A program made the translations under genes and the position numbers. From Candidatus Spongiisociaceae bacterium (GTDB taxonomy: Bacteria; Actinomycetota; Acidimicrobiia; Spongiisociales; Spongiisociaceae), in assembly GCA_965219685.1 (NCBI GenBank), contig CBDCOH010000002.1, positions 3,264,001-3,328,000 of the forward strand: DNA of 64,000 nt, read 5' to 3'. Each line of letters begins with the position of its first letter. Within the stretch, counting starts at the first letter, position 1. Positions 49,724 to 57,945 of the stretch are shown in pieces. The notes below the pieces were generated by a model. It was not told the origin of the DNA. It saw only the letters and a list, made by a program, of their open reading frames with translations, and did not search any database.

Positions 49724-49810
49724 TGGTGGGTGGTGAGTGGTGAATGGTGAATGGTGAATGGTGGTGGTGAAGATCTAACCAATCACCAAACTGCTAGTCA
49801 CCAATCACCA
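49724..49810. repeat. Heptamer (TGGTGAN) array with inverted second arm
   Basis: TGGTGGG TGGTGAG (TGGTGAA)3 TGGTGGT, a central AGATCT, then AACCA ATCACCA ... GTCACCA ATCACCA. Confidence 0.85.
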
Positions 49811-49814
49811 GACC

Positions 49815-50276
49815 TCAGTGATCTTCGCTCATCATCGCGGAGGCCCTGCGAGACAGTTCTTCGGGGTCCACGTCCTCTACGTGGGTGGAGACTCCCCAGC
49901 GGTGTCCCCAGGGATCCTCGAACTGCCCGGATCTGTCACCGTAGAACTGGTTCTCGACCGGGCGTATCTCGGTGGCGCCGGCTGCCAGCGCGGCTGCGTA
50001 TGTGGCATCGGAGTCCTCCACGTAGACGCTCATGGACATCGGGGTTCCGCCCAGGGTCTTGGGGCCGACGACACCCATCTCGGGCCACTCGTCGGACAGC
50101 ATCACGAGCGAGTCACCCAGGGCCAACTCGCAGTGCCCGACCCGGTCGCCGAACTCCATACGGTTACGCTCGGTGAACCCCAGGACGCTGGTGTAGAACT
50201 CGATGGCCGCACCGGCCCCGTCTACGCATAGGTAAACCGAGACTCGCGGGCGATTGTCGGGGATCTGGTTGGTCAT
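49815..50276 (-). CDS. VOC/glyoxalase family protein (PhnB-like)
   Basis: AIEFY..VLG, HCEL..GDS..MLSDE, QFYGDRSG.FEDPWGHRW. Confidence 0.92.
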   Translation of the reverse strand: MTNQIPDNRPRVSVYLCVDGAGAAIEFYTSVLGFTERNRMEFGDRVGHCELALGDSLVMLSDEWPEMGVVGPKTLGGTPMSMSVYVEDSDATYAAALAAGATEIRPVENQFYGDRSGQFEDPWGHRWGVSTHVEDVDPEELSRRASAMMSEDH

Positions 50277-50298
50277 TATGTTCGTCCTTTGCCGGTCG

Positions 50299-51831
50299 CT
50301 AGCCACCAATCACCATAGAGGCGTGTTCGGCGATCGTCACGGTCGGCAGATGGGTGTTGGCCCTCGGAACCTGGGGCATGATCGATGCATCCACCACGCG
50401 GAGGCCGTCGACGCCCAGCACGCGGCACTTCTCGTCCACCACCGTCTCCGGACGATCGGAAGGGCCCATCCGGCAACTTCCGCTGGCATGCTGCGCATCC
50501 AGGCAGGACCGCATCAGCCAGGCATCGAGGTCGTCATCCCCTAGCTCCACATCTACGTCCAGCGGCTCGGGCCCGAGCCAGGAGTTCGAGGCGACATCGC
50601 GGATCGGATCGGTCCGGGCGAACTCCCTGAGGCGCCGGACCCCGTCTCTGAGGCGAGCCAGGTCCCCGGGATCGGACAGCATGCGGAAATCGACCCTGGG
50701 TTCTGCCCCGGGGTCAGTGCTGGTGATCGCAACCTCGCCCCGGGAAGTGCTCTCGAACACGCACAACTCCAGCAACCCGGTGCTGTAGCCCTCGTCGCCG
50801 TAGCCGCTGAGGTTCATCGACAGCAGGAGCATGTCGTTGGGTACGCCCCCGGCCACGCCCGACCCGTACCGGACGCAGCAATTGGTGTGGCGGGCGTCGG
50901 GCGAGGTGGCTCGGGCGTGTTCACGCAACTCGAGCATCAGCCAGATGGCGGGATGCTCCTGCAGACCCTGGCCAGCAGGAAGGTCGGCCACGATGTCTAT
51001 GCCAAGAGCCGAGAGGATGCCGGTGGGGCCGATGCCGGACCGCTGCAGGATGGCGGGAGTGTGGATGGCGCCGGCACACAGAATCACCTCACCACCGTCG
51101 ACCTGCCTGAGCCCATCCTCCAAGTGGACGCGCACACCCCTTGCCTGCCCGTGGGACAGCAGGACGCGGTCGACTCGGGCGCCCCCGCGAACGGTGAGGT
51201 TCGACCGGTCGCGCACCGGTTCGATGTACGCGTCGTTGGTGGTTACCCGCCGCCCGTCCCGGCTGTTGATGGCGTACGGGGACACCCCCGTGGACCCGGG
51301 CGCGTTGTGATCATCGTGCCAGGGATGGCCGATGGCCAGTGCCGCGTCGCGCAACGCCAGATCGACCGCCCCCCATTCCGCCTGCGGGGTCCGGTACACG
51401 GGGATAGGGCCGGTGTCCCCGTGATACGGCGCATCCCCGAAGTCGAGGTCGGCCTCCATGCGGTGGATCGCCGGTAGCAGGTCGGCGCTCGTCCACCCCG
51501 GCAGCCTCCAGCGGTCAAAGTCCTCCGGCATGGCCTGGATGGCGATCTGCCCGTTTATAGCCGAACTGCCCCCGACTCCCCTCCCCCGCCAGTAGAGCGA
51601 TGCGTCCTGCACGGAGGTGCGCCTAGCCACCAGCCTCGGCCAGTGGTAGTCGGAGTCGGAGATGATCCGGGCCGGGTTGGGGCTGCGGATGTGCCAGGGC
51701 GTGTCGGCCGACCGGTAGTCCATCCCCGCCTCGAGCAGCAGCACCTGCCGATCGGGATCCTCGCTCAGCCGCGCCGCGACCACGGCGCCTGCCGACCCCG
51801 CCCCCACCACGATCGTGTCGTAACCGTTCAT
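50299..51831 (-). CDS. GMC-family oxidoreductase (choline dehydrogenase-like)
   Basis: VGAGSAG, RGRGVGGSSAING, LCAGAIHTP, HASGSCRMG, ANTHLP. Confidence 0.93.
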   Translation of the reverse strand: MNGYDTIVVGAGSAGAVVAARLSEDPDRQVLLLEAGMDYRSADTPWHIRSPNPARIISDSDYHWPRLVARRTSVQDASLYWRGRGVGGSSAINGQIAIQAMPEDFDRWRLPGWTSADLLPAIHRMEADLDFGDAPYHGDTGPIPVYRTPQAEWGAVDLALRDAALAIGHPWHDDHNAPGSTGVSPYAINSRDGRRVTTNDAYIEPVRDRSNLTVRGGARVDRVLLSHGQARGVRVHLEDGLRQVDGGEVILCAGAIHTPAILQRSGIGPTGILSALGIDIVADLPAGQGLQEHPAIWLMLELREHARATSPDARHTNCCVRYGSGVAGGVPNDMLLLSMNLSGYGDEGYSTGLLELCVFESTSRGEVAITSTDPGAEPRVDFRMLSDPGDLARLRDGVRRLREFARTDPIRDVASNSWLGPEPLDVDVELGDDDLDAWLMRSCLDAQHASGSCRMGPSDRPETVVDEKCRVLGVDGLRVVDASIMPQVPRANTHLPTVTIAEHASMVIGG

Positions 51832-51973
51832 GCCATGAACCTACCCGCCTTGCGGGTGTACCCCACACATCGCATCGAATTACACATACGTAACCGTTGT
51901 TCTGTTCCTTTTGTTTTCCGCTAACTCAACAATTTACGGCTGTCAAGGCAGGGTGGCGGGTCACCAGGGCAGA

Positions 51974-52197
51974 TCAACACGGCCCTGCCGGACATTCACC
52001 CAGGCGCCTGAGGGTATCGGCGCGAGCCTCCATCACACGCCGCGCCGCCGCGGAAACCTGGTCTCTATGTTGTCCCCTTTGGAGACGTAATCCCTGACGG
52101 CCCGACGGGCCGCCTTCTGCATGGAGATGCCCTCGGCGGCCGCCCGCTCGCGCAGCGCCGTGCATTCGTCGTCCGTCGGGCGGAGGGTCATGGCCAT
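51974..52197 (-). pseudogene. Frameshifted ribbon-helix-helix antitoxin (CopG/Arc-like)
   Basis: MAMTLRPTDDECTALRERAAAEGISMQKAARRAVRDYVSK continues in another frame as QHRDQVSAAARRVMEARADTLRRLGE. The shift is in a G4 run near 52074-52077, and no toxin ORF follows. Confidence 0.7.
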
Positions 52198-52269
52198 CGG
52201 CGAGATACCATCCGGCGGCCCCGCGCGGTCTCGACCACGGCAGATGGCCCTCGGTACACTCACCCGGCT

Positions 52270-53808
52270 ATGAGCTACGACATCGTGTTCCTCGACCGGG
52301 TGGACCTGACTTCTGTCTCGCGCCGGGCGCTGGAGGGGGTCGGCACCGTGAGGAAAGTCCCGGTGACCGCGCAGGAGGATCTCCTGCCGGTCGTGCGCGA
52401 CGCCGATGCGATCGTCTACCAGTTGTTTCCCAACCACCTCACGCGAGATGTTCTGGAGCGCTGCCGCCGGCTGAAGGTCATCGGCCGGATCGGAATCGGC
52501 ATGGACCAAGTTGACGTGCAGGCGGCCGCCGACCGCGGGGTGACGGTCGTCAACGCGGCCGGGGCGCAGGCCGCCGCGGTCGCCGACCACGCCATGGCCC
52601 TGATGCTGTGCCTGGCCCGCAACGTGGTGGTGTCCCACACGTCCCTCCGAGCCGGCGACCGCCACCCTCCCTGGCACTTCATGGGCTTCGAGATGGAGGG
52701 CAAGACCCTGGGCATCGTCGGCTTCGGCGCCATCGGGCGGCGGCTCGCCCACCGTGCATTCGGCTTCGGGATGGTGGTCCAGGCATACGACCCCTACGTG
52801 GATCCGGACACCATCGAGCAGGCCGGCGCCACACCCTGCCGCCTGGGGGAGCTCCTCGCCGGAAGCGACTTCGTCTCCATCCACATACCCCTCACGGACG
52901 AGACCTGGCACCTCATCGGCGTCGACGAATTCGCCGCCATGAGACGCACCGCGTATCTCATCAACACCGCGAGGGGTCCCATCATCGACGAGACCGCCCT
53001 CGTAGGTGCTCTGCATGACGGAGTGATCGCCGGTGCGGGACTGGATGTGTACGAGGAGGAACCGCTGGCTGCCGGAAGCCCGTTGCTTGCCCTCGACCAG
53101 GTGGTCCTCACCCCGCACATCGCCGGATGGGCCATCGAGGCGCAGACCCGTACGCAGGAGAGCGTGGTGAAGGATGTGGCCCGTGTGCTGAGCGGCGAGA
53201 CTCCGATCAGTCCCGTCAAAGCTCCAGGGGGTCCGGCGTCTCCGCGGCGGAGCCCCGCAACCGGCGGCCGCCGACGTGGAGGAACCGGTCGCGCCCCGGA
53301 ACTGCTTCCATACACAGAGTGGGAGGAGAGCGGGCTTCCCCATCCCAGTTCCACCCACGCCTTCGGGACCGTGCCCGGATTGCGGAAGATCATCGAGACG
53401 GAGGGGCCGGTCACTACCGACCGGGCGTACAAGGTCTACGTAAGGGGGGCGGGCTCCACACGGGTCACCAAGCTGGTCAGGGCCAAGCTCGATCATGCTG
53501 TCGCCCGTCTACTCGACCAGAAGCAGGTGCAGATCGACGAGCTTGGCGTCGCGGGAAGCGGGGTGGCGCAACGTGTGCTCAGGGTTCCTGGTAGCGCACC
53601 GGTCGTGGTCCGCGAGATCGGAAGCCGGGATCTCTACGAGATTCCGCTCAACGAAGTCGTGGCCCTCATGGAACGCAGGCTCGACAACCACCCCGGAGCC
53701 TCCCACGAGCAACTGATGCGCCACGTCCTCAATAGCTACGGCTGGAGACGCCTCACCGACAAGGCCCGCACCTACCTGACATCTGCCATCCACCTGATGT
53801 ATGACTAG
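52270..53808 (+). CDS. D-2-hydroxyacid dehydrogenase (PGDH-like) fused to a C-terminal DUF3320-like winged-helix region
   Basis: GIVGFGAIG, INTARG, LDVYEEEP, TPHIAG; then a linker and about 170 aa with IIETEGPV..AG..RV..RD..EIP..E..VL..YG..RLT. Confidence 0.82.
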   Translation: MSYDIVFLDRVDLTSVSRRALEGVGTVRKVPVTAQEDLLPVVRDADAIVYQLFPNHLTRDVLERCRRLKVIGRIGIGMDQVDVQAAADRGVTVVNAAGAQAAAVADHAMALMLCLARNVVVSHTSLRAGDRHPPWHFMGFEMEGKTLGIVGFGAIGRRLAHRAFGFGMVVQAYDPYVDPDTIEQAGATPCRLGELLAGSDFVSIHIPLTDETWHLIGVDEFAAMRRTAYLINTARGPIIDETALVGALHDGVIAGAGLDVYEEEPLAAGSPLLALDQVVLTPHIAGWAIEAQTRTQESVVKDVARVLSGETPISPVKAPGGPASPRRSPATGGRRRGGTGRAPELLPYTEWEESGLPHPSSTHAFGTVPGLRKIIETEGPVTTDRAYKVYVRGAGSTRVTKLVRAKLDHAVARLLDQKQVQIDELGVAGSGVAQRVLRVPGSAPVVVREIGSRDLYEIPLNEVVALMERRLDNHPGASHEQLMRHVLNSYGWRRLTDKARTYLTSAIHLMYD

Positions 53809-53824
53809 GTGTAGGTATCAGGTT

Positions 53825-53854
53825 ACCGATAATATCGGTTCATTAGAGTATAAT
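53825..53854 (+). promoter_or_regulatory. Palindrome plus TATAAT with no downstream ORF
   Basis: ACCGAT-AAT-ATCGGT (53825-53839) and TATAAT (53849-53854) lie directly before the heptamer array. Confidence 0.35.
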
Positions 53855-53914
53855 ACCACTCACCACTCACCACTCACCACTCACCACTCACCACTCACCA
53901 CTCACCACTCACCA
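53855..53914. repeat. Perfect heptamer tandem repeat (ACCACTC)8
   Basis: 8 perfect copies plus ACCA, abutting the stop codon of the TPP enzyme gene. Confidence 0.95.
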
Positions 53915-53915
53915 A

Positions 53916-55559
53916 CTAAGAGTGATACTCCACGTAGGGGGCCTCTACGCTCGGCACCTTGACCTGGACGACGGCTGGTACTCCTGACTCGAGAGCACGG
54001 GTGAGGGCATCGCCGAGGTCGGCCTCGCCTTCGACGTACTCGCCGTGACCGCCCATCGCCTCCACCACCTTCCACCATGCCCGCCGGGGCAGGTCGAGTT
54101 CGATCTCGGTTCCGTAGGCACGCTGCTGCGGGAGGGCTATGGCGCCCCACTTCTCGTCGTCGTACACCACCACGACGATCGGCGCCCCGTAACGGAGGGC
54201 AGTCTCCAACTCCAATCCGTGGAAAGCGAACCCGCCGTCACCGACGACTACGACCACGGTGCTCGCCGGGGAGGCCAGCTTCGCGGCCACCCCGAATGGA
54301 ATCTCGGCGCCCAGCGCTCCCGACTGGCCGGCCCGCAGGTAGCGGGAGGGCGGGGTGATCCTCAGCACGGGATCGGCCCAGAAGTCGATGTTGCCGTGGG
54401 ACGTCACGAAGGTGGTACCGGGCGGCATCACCTTCTCCACCAGAGCAGAGAGCCGAGCCGGATGTATGCCACGACCTTCGACCTGTGGCTCTGCGACCGC
54501 CCGGTCCCGCCAGGCTCGCCAGTCCCGCGCGACCCGGTGGCACCAGGAACGGTCGAACGCAGCCGGATCGGACCTCGCCAGGGCGTCGAGAACCACGTCG
54601 GAACCGGCGACCAGCCCGAGGTCGGGCCTCAGGAACTTCCCTACCACCGCCGGGTCCGGATGGGACTGGACGATCACCGCGTCGTCCGAGATGAGGCCGC
54701 CGTAGCCGAGGTCGGCCTCGAATTCGTGTCCGATGGTCAGCACCAGATCGGCCTGCGCCATCGCGTCGCGAAGAGGCGGGTTGGATCCCAGGTAGCCCAC
54801 CCCGGCGCAGTAAGGGTGACGTTCGTCCGCCAGACCCCTGCCTAGCCGCAGAGCGACGAACGGAATCCGTAGGCGGTCGACGGCATCGGCCAGCGCATCG
54901 TCGGCGACCGACCACAGGATGTCGTCTCCCGCCACCAGCAGGGGGCGGCGGGCGCTCGCGACGAGATGCCCGAGCCGCTCGGCCTGCTCAGCCACCAGCC
55001 CAGGACCGTAACGCGAGCCCTTGGCGCGTGTCGCCGAAGGTTGCGGCGCGGCTCCGGCCAGCACGTCCACGGGGATCTCCAGGAAGGCCGGACCGGGACG
55101 CCCCGAGGTCATCGCCGTCCAGGCAGCATCCAGGTACTCCTCGATCCGGGCAGGGTCGACCACCCGGGCGGCGTACTTGGTGACCGGCCTCATCACCGGA
55201 AGGGGGTCGAAGGACATGACCGACTCCTTGTCCAGAACCGCCACCGGGGCCTGCCCGCCCAGGATCAGGAACGGCACGCCGGCCCGGGTGGCCGTCAGCG
55301 CAGGCGTGACCGTATTCGTGACGCCCGGGCCGAGGGTCACCGCACATACTCCCGGAGATCTGGTTACTCGGGCAGTGCCTTCCGCCATGAAGGCTGCCGC
55401 CGCCTCGTGGCGGGTGTGGACGATCTGTACCGGGGCCCGCAAGGTGCCGTGGTAGATGGGGTTGAGAGGCCCCCCCGAGACCGAGAAGATGTGCTGCACG
55501 CCCCGGGCAGCGAGCAGGTCTACGAGCAGATCGCCGCCGGGATAGTCGGGTGTGGGCAA
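53916..55559 (-). CDS. TPP-dependent enzyme (acetolactate synthase/2-hydroxyacyl-CoA lyase-like)
   Basis: TRHEAAAAFMA, TLGPGVTN, GRPGPAFLEIPVD, VGDGGF. Confidence 0.9.
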   Translation of the reverse strand: MPTPDYPGGDLLVDLLAARGVQHIFSVSGGPLNPIYHGTLRAPVQIVHTRHEAAAAFMAEGTARVTRSPGVCAVTLGPGVTNTVTPALTATRAGVPFLILGGQAPVAVLDKESVMSFDPLPVMRPVTKYAARVVDPARIEEYLDAAWTAMTSGRPGPAFLEIPVDVLAGAAPQPSATRAKGSRYGPGLVAEQAERLGHLVASARRPLLVAGDDILWSVADDALADAVDRLRIPFVALRLGRGLADERHPYCAGVGYLGSNPPLRDAMAQADLVLTIGHEFEADLGYGGLISDDAVIVQSHPDPAVVGKFLRPDLGLVAGSDVVLDALARSDPAAFDRSWCHRVARDWRAWRDRAVAEPQVEGRGIHPARLSALVEKVMPPGTTFVTSHGNIDFWADPVLRITPPSRYLRAGQSGALGAEIPFGVAAKLASPASTVVVVVGDGGFAFHGLELETALRYGAPIVVVVYDDEKWGAIALPQQRAYGTEIELDLPRRAWWKVVEAMGGHGEYVEGEADLGDALTRALESGVPAVVQVKVPSVEAPYVEYHS

Positions 55560-55623
55560 GGGGTCAGCGTGGTCGGTCTACGGGAGGCCGTCGTGGCATG
55601 TTGGTTCGCAGACCGAACATCCT

Positions 55624-55857
55624 TCAGCCTTCTTGGATCTCGGCAATCACGGCCCCGACATCCACGACTTCATCCTCCGAGACGTACACACGGGTGAGGA
55701 TGCCCGATGCAGGAGACTCCAACTCGACCTCGACCTTGTCGGTCTCGAACTCGGCCAGAGGCTCGCCCTTGACGACCGGCTCGCCGACCGCCTTCAACCA
55801 CCGGATCAACTCCGCGTCCTGCATCGACACGCCCCATTTGGGAAGTATCACCTGCAT
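55624..55857 (-). CDS. Stand-alone lipoyl-domain protein
   Basis: LPKWGVSM..W.K.VGE.V..GE.L.E.ETDKV..E.ESP..G; 77 aa. Confidence 0.9.
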   Translation of the reverse strand: MQVILPKWGVSMQDAELIRWLKAVGEPVVKGEPLAEFETDKVEVELESPASGILTRVYVSEDEVVDVGAVIAEIQEG

Positions 55858-55873
55858 CCCGACCTGCCTTTCC

Positions 55874-56872
55874 TCACGCCGATCCGACCGCCGCCCGCTC
55901 ACCCAGGGTCGCACGGATGGCCTCTTCCACGTCGTCGGCGCCCACGTCGAGCCTTCCCTCGAGCACGGGGCTGAACGGAACGGGTGTGTCCGGCCAGGTG
56001 ACCCTGCGCGGCTGGGATAGCAAGGAGTCCCACGCCCTCTCCGAGACTCCGGCGATTATCTCGGCCGCCAGACCGCACAGGCGGCGGGCCGGGTCGGCGA
56101 CCACCAGCCGCCCGGTCTTGCGCACCGAGGCGACGATCGTGTCCCAGTCGAGAGGCACGAGACTGCGTGGATCGACCACCTCGACCGAGATCCCGTCGGC
56201 CTCCAACCTGTCCGCCACGTCAACGGCCACATGGACGAGCGAAGCCAGCGCCACGACCGTCACGTCTCCGCCCTCCCTCTTGACGTCCGCTGCGCCGAGC
56301 GGGATCTCGTACGGATCCCTCGGGACCGGCTCGCGGCGCCGGGCAAGGCGCAGGTCGGCCAGGTATACAACCGGGTTGGGATCACGTATGGCCGCGATCA
56401 TCAGACCCTTGGCGTCGTAGGGGGTGCTCGGCATCACCACTTTGAGGCCGGCTGTGTGCATCAGGATCGAGTGGGGGTTCTCCGAGTGCTGGGCAGCCGC
56501 TGAGCCGGACGGCCCGGTCCCGGCGAAGTAGACGATTGGGAGCTCCACCTGACCTCCGGACATGTAGCGGAGGCGGGCGGCCTGGTTGGCCACCTGGTCC
56601 ATCGCCACGTAGAAGAAGCTCGAGAACATGACATGGGCAAAGGGTTTCAGACCTGCGGCGGCCGCTCCGACCGCACCACCAACGAACGTCGCCTCCGAAA
56701 TGGGCGTCTTTCGGATCCGGTTGGGACCGAACGTGTCGATCAGGCCCCGGGTGACGCCGAAGACGCCGCGGTCCACATCCTCGCCCATCACGATCACCGT
56801 CTCGTCCTCCGCCATGGCGGAGCGCAGCGCCTGGTTCATGGCCTGCATGAAGTACGCCCTCGCCATCCTCAT
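55874..56872 (-). CDS. 2-oxoacid/acetoin dehydrogenase E1 beta subunit
   Basis: MGEDV, TPISE, AMDQVANQAA..RYMSGG, AAQHSE, VRKTGRL. Confidence 0.93.
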   Translation of the reverse strand: MRMARAYFMQAMNQALRSAMAEDETVIVMGEDVDRGVFGVTRGLIDTFGPNRIRKTPISEATFVGGAVGAAAAGLKPFAHVMFSSFFYVAMDQVANQAARLRYMSGGQVELPIVYFAGTGPSGSAAAQHSENPHSILMHTAGLKVVMPSTPYDAKGLMIAAIRDPNPVVYLADLRLARRREPVPRDPYEIPLGAADVKREGGDVTVVALASLVHVAVDVADRLEADGISVEVVDPRSLVPLDWDTIVASVRKTGRLVVADPARRLCGLAAEIIAGVSERAWDSLLSQPRRVTWPDTPVPFSPVLEGRLDVGADDVEEAIRATLGERAAVGSA

Positions 56873-57846
56873 CCTCCGGCGGAGGCAAATACGTGGTCGA
56901 GTGCCTCCTCGGGTGACGGGTGGGGACTAGCCTCGGCGAATTCGACCGCTCTGGAGACTGCTTCCTGCTCCTCCGCGTCGATGGCGTCGAGTTCCGCGGC
57001 GGTGATCCCGGCTTCAGTCTGGAGCAGATCCCGGAAGCGGGTCAAGGGATCGCGGGCCTTCCAGCTCTCCACCTCCTCCTCGGTCCGGTAGGCCGACACG
57101 AAAGCGCTCTCACCCTCGCTGTGGCCCGAGAACCGGTAGGTGATCGCCTCGATCAGGGTGGGACCCTCCCCCCGGCGCGCCCGGTCGACGGCTTCGCCGA
57201 CCACCCGCCGGACCTCTAGAACATCGTTCCCGTCCACCTCCATGCTCGCCACGCCGAAGGGTTCGCCCCGGCGGTAGATCCTGCCCGCGGTGAGATCGGT
57301 GGTCGGGGTGAACTCCATGTACTGGTTGGACTCGCACAGGTAGATGACCGGGAGCTTCCAGATGGCCGCCAGGTTCAGAGCCTCGAGCAGGACCCCCTGG
57401 TTGGCCGCACCGTCACCGAAGAAGCAGACCGTAACCCCGTCGCGACCCAGGACCGCGTCGGCCAGGCCCGAGCCGGTGGCCATCGGGATTCCCCCGCCGA
57501 CGATGCCGTTGGCGCCGAGGATCCCCAGGCTGGTATCGATTATGTGCATCGATCCGCCCTTGCCCCGGCAGTAGCCGTCCTCCCGGCCGAACAGCTCGGC
57601 CATCATCGGGGCGACATCGGCCCCCTTGGCTATGCAGTGGCCATGACCCCGGTGCGTACTCGTGATGTGATCGGTGTCGCGGAGCACGCTGCAGGCGCCG
57701 ACCGCAACTGCCTCCTCGCCCACGTAGACATGTACGAAGCCGGGCAGCTTGCCGAGTCTGTGGAGTTCCTGGACCATCTCCTCGAAGACACGGATGCGCA
57801 CCATTCGCCGGTACAGATGCAGGAGGGTCTCGATCTCGGGTATCAC
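56869..57846 (-). CDS. 2-oxoacid/acetoin dehydrogenase E1 alpha subunit
   Basis: STHRGHGH, GKGGSMH, GANGIVG, FGDGA, TYRFSGHS. The start is uncertain (57846 or 57885). Confidence 0.93.
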   Translation of the reverse strand: MIPEIETLLHLYRRMVRIRVFEEMVQELHRLGKLPGFVHVYVGEEAVAVGACSVLRDTDHITSTHRGHGHCIAKGADVAPMMAELFGREDGYCRGKGGSMHIIDTSLGILGANGIVGGGIPMATGSGLADAVLGRDGVTVCFFGDGAANQGVLLEALNLAAIWKLPVIYLCESNQYMEFTPTTDLTAGRIYRRGEPFGVASMEVDGNDVLEVRRVVGEAVDRARRGEGPTLIEAITYRFSGHSEGESAFVSAYRTEEEVESWKARDPLTRFRDLLQTEAGITAAELDAIDAEEQEAVSRAVEFAEASPHPSPEEALDHVFASAGG

Positions 57847-57945
57847 GCCGCGGCGAATCCTAGCCTGCCGGGCCTGGAGCCGCATCGGGTCTCGAGATGC
57901 CTGCCAGCCCGAATAGGTCGCCGTCAGACCTAGAGTACGCCCGAC

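Noticed and set aside
50299-51831. Mycofactocin system (MftG-like GMC, SDR)
   Set aside because: No mftA-F genes are in the window, and the SDR lacks the TGAARGQG signature and insert of mycofactocin-dependent SDRs.
53855-53914. Possible CRISPR array (also 44071..44110 and 44331..44378)
   Set aside because: They are tandem repeats without unique spacers, and there are no cas genes.
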